A stretch of 64,000 bases of DNA from Candidatus Hydrogenedentota bacterium (GTDB lineage Bacteria; Hydrogenedentota; Hydrogenedentia; Hydrogenedentales; JAEUWI01), in contig JAXMOL010000009.1 in NCBI GenBank assembly GCA_034669905.1, positions 96,001 to 160,000 of the forward strand, written 5' to 3'. The notes beneath the pieces were generated by a model. That model ran no database searches and was not told where the DNA came from. It saw only the letters and a list, made by a program, of their open reading frames with translations. Shown piece after piece: positions 61,000 to 64,000 of this stretch. Position 1 is the first letter of the stretch. The number at the start of each line of letters is the position of its first letter. The translations under genes were made by a program, and so were the position numbers.

Positions 61000-62840
61000 T
61001 GGCGGCCTCGTCTCTCCATCGTATCGAACGGGATGACCGGTATTTCGTACTGGACACGGAGACGTGTTTCTGTTTTGAGTGCGATGGGATCTCCTGGGAC
61101 GTGCTGGCTCACTATCCCCATACGCCAACCAACCATATTGTTCATCTGCTGGAAGGAAAACACCCTGCCCCGGAGGTGGAGGAAGTGATTGGCGAGCTGG
61201 AGTGGCTTCGCTCTACCCGGTCTATACTGCCCGTCAAGAAACAGCAGGACCAGCTGAAAGCCTTCGAATTCACGCCGGGTCTCCGCTCCATGGAGGTCGT
61301 CCTGAGTGGCTCGGAAGCCAGGGATGCCGCATTGCGCGAGGGGGCCTTAACCCTGCTCTTCGCACGCTCGGGGGTGCAGCGAAACCTGGAAATCTGTCTT
61401 TGTCTGGATTCCCTTCAGGGCCAATCCGAGTGGCTGGAGGCCTGGGGGAAACATGCCTTTGACCTCGCGGCCATGGCGGACAAGGCGCTCACCATAACTA
61501 TCGTGCACACCGCGCCGGAACTCGGAAAAGGGGCCGTGCCCCTGAACCCGTCAGACGTGGCTCTGGCCTATTCGTTTCAAGAATATGACGGACTGAAAAG
61601 CACCCTCGCACAATGGAAGCAGGTGGTGAAGGCCACCGTCGCCAAACCCGTGAAAGCGCTGGATGGCGCGGCCGTATCGGTACGTTTTGCCCCCAGTCAG
61701 GTAGACTTCTGCGCAGGCACCACGTTCCTGGCCGCCCAGGGATACGGACAAATTGACCTCGATCTGGTGCCCCTCTATCGCACGGAGGCTGCGGAAGCCG
61801 TGGTTGCGGCGTTGGACCGTGCGGCCCGCGCCTATGCGCAAGATTTGCTGAAGAACAAGCGCTATCGTCTGGAACCCATTGCCCGGCTCTTCCATCAGAT
61901 TTATGAAGGCAAGGCCCGGGGACGTACCGATGATTCGGGGACCCATCGTATGGCGGTCGATCCGGAGGGCAATCTCTATCCCTCCCGTCACTTTATCGGG
62001 CAGTCCGACTTTTCTATGGGAAACCTTCACACCGGCACGTTTGACGAAAGCCGCCGCGCGCCCTTTGACGACCTGGGGGCGCTCACGACCGCGACCTGTG
62101 GGAACTGCTGGGCCCGCAATATGTGCGGCGGTGGCCAGAGTGCGGTGCATCAGGCACGAAGCGGTGCGATTCGCCAACCCGATCCAGACTGGTGCGACGC
62201 TCAGCGGGAATGGTATGGCGCGGCCATAGCCGCCTTCAATCTTCTTTCGGCCGAGGGTGTCGACTTCGCCCGACTCTACCAGGGCATGCGCCCCGGGAAG
62301 CGTCCCTCACTCTGGGGGATGGCACGGGCCGCGTTGACGATGAAGGTGGGATTGCGCCCTATCGAGGAGGCCGATGCTGCGCTCCTGACCCGGTGGGAGA
62401 ACTGGAGCGAAGCGACCTATTTCCTGGGCAATGAATATGGGGTCTTTCTGGCCACCCGCTATGACCGGGAGATGGATTCTCTCCATCCCCGCGGCGTTGA
62501 GCAAGAGTTTGTAATTATATCGCGGCAGGGCGCGCCCCTGGGTTTGCTCAAGCTGCGCCCTGATCACCTGCCCGGCGTGGCCCGCATCTGGGTCTTCCTG
62601 GCAGATAGGGCGGGCTATGAAGACCGTGGTATCCGTCGCAGTTTTACCCACCTGCTGGGGGAAGCGGCGAAGCAGGGTGCCTTTAAATCACTGATAGCGG
62701 CCTCCGGACCCGGCGATGGTGCACTAAGCGACTTTTTCCGCGCCATTGGATTCTCCGTCATCGGCGTGGAGCGGGAAGCCCTGTTTCTTCACGATGCCTA
62801 CCACGACATCACCCTGCACCAGCTCAAGCTCGACGCCTGA
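60999..62840 (+). CDS. RRE + degenerate radical SAM + SPASM + GNAT fusion protein (613 aa)
   Basis: CteB/SCIFF-maturase-like N-terminus; no CX3CX2C or GGEP; SPASM AVDPEGNLYPS...CGNCWARNMCGGGQ...DWC; C-terminal LRPIEEAD GNAT; TAATG coupling to the permease. Confidence 0.82.
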   Translation: MAASSLHRIERDDRYFVLDTETCFCFECDGISWDVLAHYPHTPTNHIVHLLEGKHPAPEVEEVIGELEWLRSTRSILPVKKQQDQLKAFEFTPGLRSMEVVLSGSEARDAALREGALTLLFARSGVQRNLEICLCLDSLQGQSEWLEAWGKHAFDLAAMADKALTITIVHTAPELGKGAVPLNPSDVALAYSFQEYDGLKSTLAQWKQVVKATVAKPVKALDGAAVSVRFAPSQVDFCAGTTFLAAQGYGQIDLDLVPLYRTEAAEAVVAALDRAARAYAQDLLKNKRYRLEPIARLFHQIYEGKARGRTDDSGTHRMAVDPEGNLYPSRHFIGQSDFSMGNLHTGTFDESRRAPFDDLGALTTATCGNCWARNMCGGGQSAVHQARSGAIRQPDPDWCDAQREWYGAAIAAFNLLSAEGVDFARLYQGMRPGKRPSLWGMARAALTMKVGLRPIEEADAALLTRWENWSEATYFLGNEYGVFLATRYDREMDSLHPRGVEQEFVIISRQGAPLGLLKLRPDHLPGVARIWVFLADRAGYEDRGIRRSFTHLLGEAAKQGAFKSLIAASGPGDGALSDFFRAIGFSVIGVEREALFLHDAYHDITLHQLKLDA

Positions 62841-62995
62841 ATCCATCACCGGCACCCCAAGGGTCTTCTCTGTAACGCGCCATCTTCCATGGAGCGTCGG
62901 CGGCCCGCCGGCCAGGAACTTGCCTCCCACCGTCCGAGCCCCGGCACGGCGGAAAATTCACCTGCGTGCTCAACGACCTGCGTCCCCATTCCCGG

Positions 62996-64000
62996 CTACT
63001 CACACCAGAGGGCGTAGAGCTGTCCGTTCTTCAGCGAAATCCGGAGTTGAACCGGTCCCGGCTCCGCAGCAAGTGGCGCTTCCCAAACCACGGGAACAGC
63101 AAGACCATCTTCCGCAATAGGCTTGGAGGTGGCCCGTACGTCGCCTGAGAGGTCCAGGGCTTCGACCGTCGCTTCACCCCAGTCGGCCCGCAGGTTAAGA
63201 AAGACCGTCTTTCCCTGTAGCTGGAGCGGGCGTGTCAGGAGGGTACCACCTTCGTAGTTCGCTTCCAGAGCCACAAAGCGATCACGCTGTATCGTGGCAA
63301 AGCCGATGCCGCCGACCTTGGGCCCGCTGTCGGTGCCTTCATAGGGGCTGTGGCGGTATCGACGGTCACTGTAATAAAATCGTAGCTCGTCGCCGTCTTC
63401 GATAGGCGGATTGTTGGCTACTGCCGTGTTGAAGCGGTCCCAATCGCCCACGCCGCCATTGGCGATGAAGGGCGTGCGGTCCCCAACCCGATTGAACTGT
63501 GCCCCATCACGGCTCACGGCCAGTTGAATATCAAGGAATACATTCTCCGGACGATTCTCAAACCGTTGCACCAGTCCGATGAACACGTCGCCGTACTTGA
63601 AGACGCCCATCCCATAGACTTCCGTGGCCACCGCATCGTCCAGGTCAGCACCCATGACGATGGGAGCCGTGTTCGGGCGGGTGTGCTTCCAGTTCAGAAA
63701 ATCCGTAGAGGTGGTGTGGGCGACGACCCGGCCCCAGAAATGCTTCTTATACCAGGGGTCTTCGCCCCAGGCATTTTCCAGCGCTTCCGGAATCCGTTTG
63801 CTGCGGCCATAGAGGTGATAAAGCCCGGCTTCGGGATCGTAGGTCCAGTGGCTGGAGCCGTCGACAATGGCATCGGTGGCGAAGGAATTCACATTGGTCC
63901 AGTGGATGCCATCGGGACTGACCGCCACACCCAAACCGCGGCGGGAACCGGGGTGAAAGATATCCATGTCGGGCCCTTCATAGGGCCGTTGGATGCTGAG
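62996..64000 (-). CDS. Beta-propeller glycoside-hydrolase-like protein, C-terminal part (5' end outside window)
   Basis: Frame open to window edge; SPDGIHW, STDFLNW, SRDG; C-terminus resembles 38131..39684. Confidence 0.72.
   Translation of the reverse strand, partial: LSIQRPYEGPDMDIFHPGSRRGLGVAVSPDGIHWTNVNSFATDAIVDGSSHWTYDPEAGLYHLYGRSKRIPEALENAWGEDPWYKKHFWGRVVAHTTSTDFLNWKHTRPNTAPIVMGADLDDAVATEVYGMGVFKYGDVFIGLVQRFENRPENVFLDIQLAVSRDGAQFNRVGDRTPFIANGGVGDWDRFNTAVANNPPIEDGDELRFYYSDRRYRHSPYEGTDSGPKVGGIGFATIQRDRFVALEANYEGGTLLTRPLQLQGKTVFLNLRADWGEATVEALDLSGDVRATSKPIAEDGLAVPVVWEAPLAAEPGPVQLRISLKNGQLYALWCE

Noticed and set aside
55800..62840. Assignment to ranthipeptide/SCIFF, sactipeptide or daptide classes
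   Set aside because: The SPASM protein lacks CX3CX2C and most cores lack Cys. Two peptides end in Thr, but the daptide dehydrogenase, aminotransferase and methyltransferase are absent from the cluster.
60999..62840. Pseudogene of a radical SAM enzyme
   Set aside because: The frame is intact for 613 codons, coupled to the permease, and Cys loss is cluster-specific.

Overview
GC-rich bacterial chromosomal window of a diderm (TolA/TolB present). The many secreted carbohydrate-active proteins, DUF1080 and periodic palindromes suggest a Hydrogenedentota/PVC-like organism, but I cannot verify taxonomy. In order: a TlpA-like redoxin; a metal-uptake cluster (CbiM-L-Q-O ECF transporter, Fur/Zur regulator, ZnuACB-type ABC transporter, ZIP permease) interrupted by a hybrid kinase and a dual-receiver protein; dnaG-rpoD-tRNA-Ile2; a GT-C/GT2 pair; tolA-tolB-smpB; an atypical Ser/Thr-kinase-like gene; pstSCAB; hydrolase and sugar-acid genes flanked by periodic palindromes; a PAS kinase, sirtuin, serS, parAB and gltBD. 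The standout is 55800-62840, a candidate undescribed RiPP-like system. Five tandem small ORFs share a leader, M[KR]H[ILM]xx[ILV][ST][RK]xPxxA[DQ]; two are absent from the ORF track and one is mis-started there. They are followed by two GNATs, a CPBP/Abi intramembrane protease, an ABC-2 exporter and a radical-SAM/SPASM-derived pseudoenzyme. The pseudoenzyme keeps an RRE-like N-terminus and only the AuxII cysteines, lacks CX3CX2C, and is fused to a third GNAT domain. All family calls come from motif recognition by eye; no searches were run.
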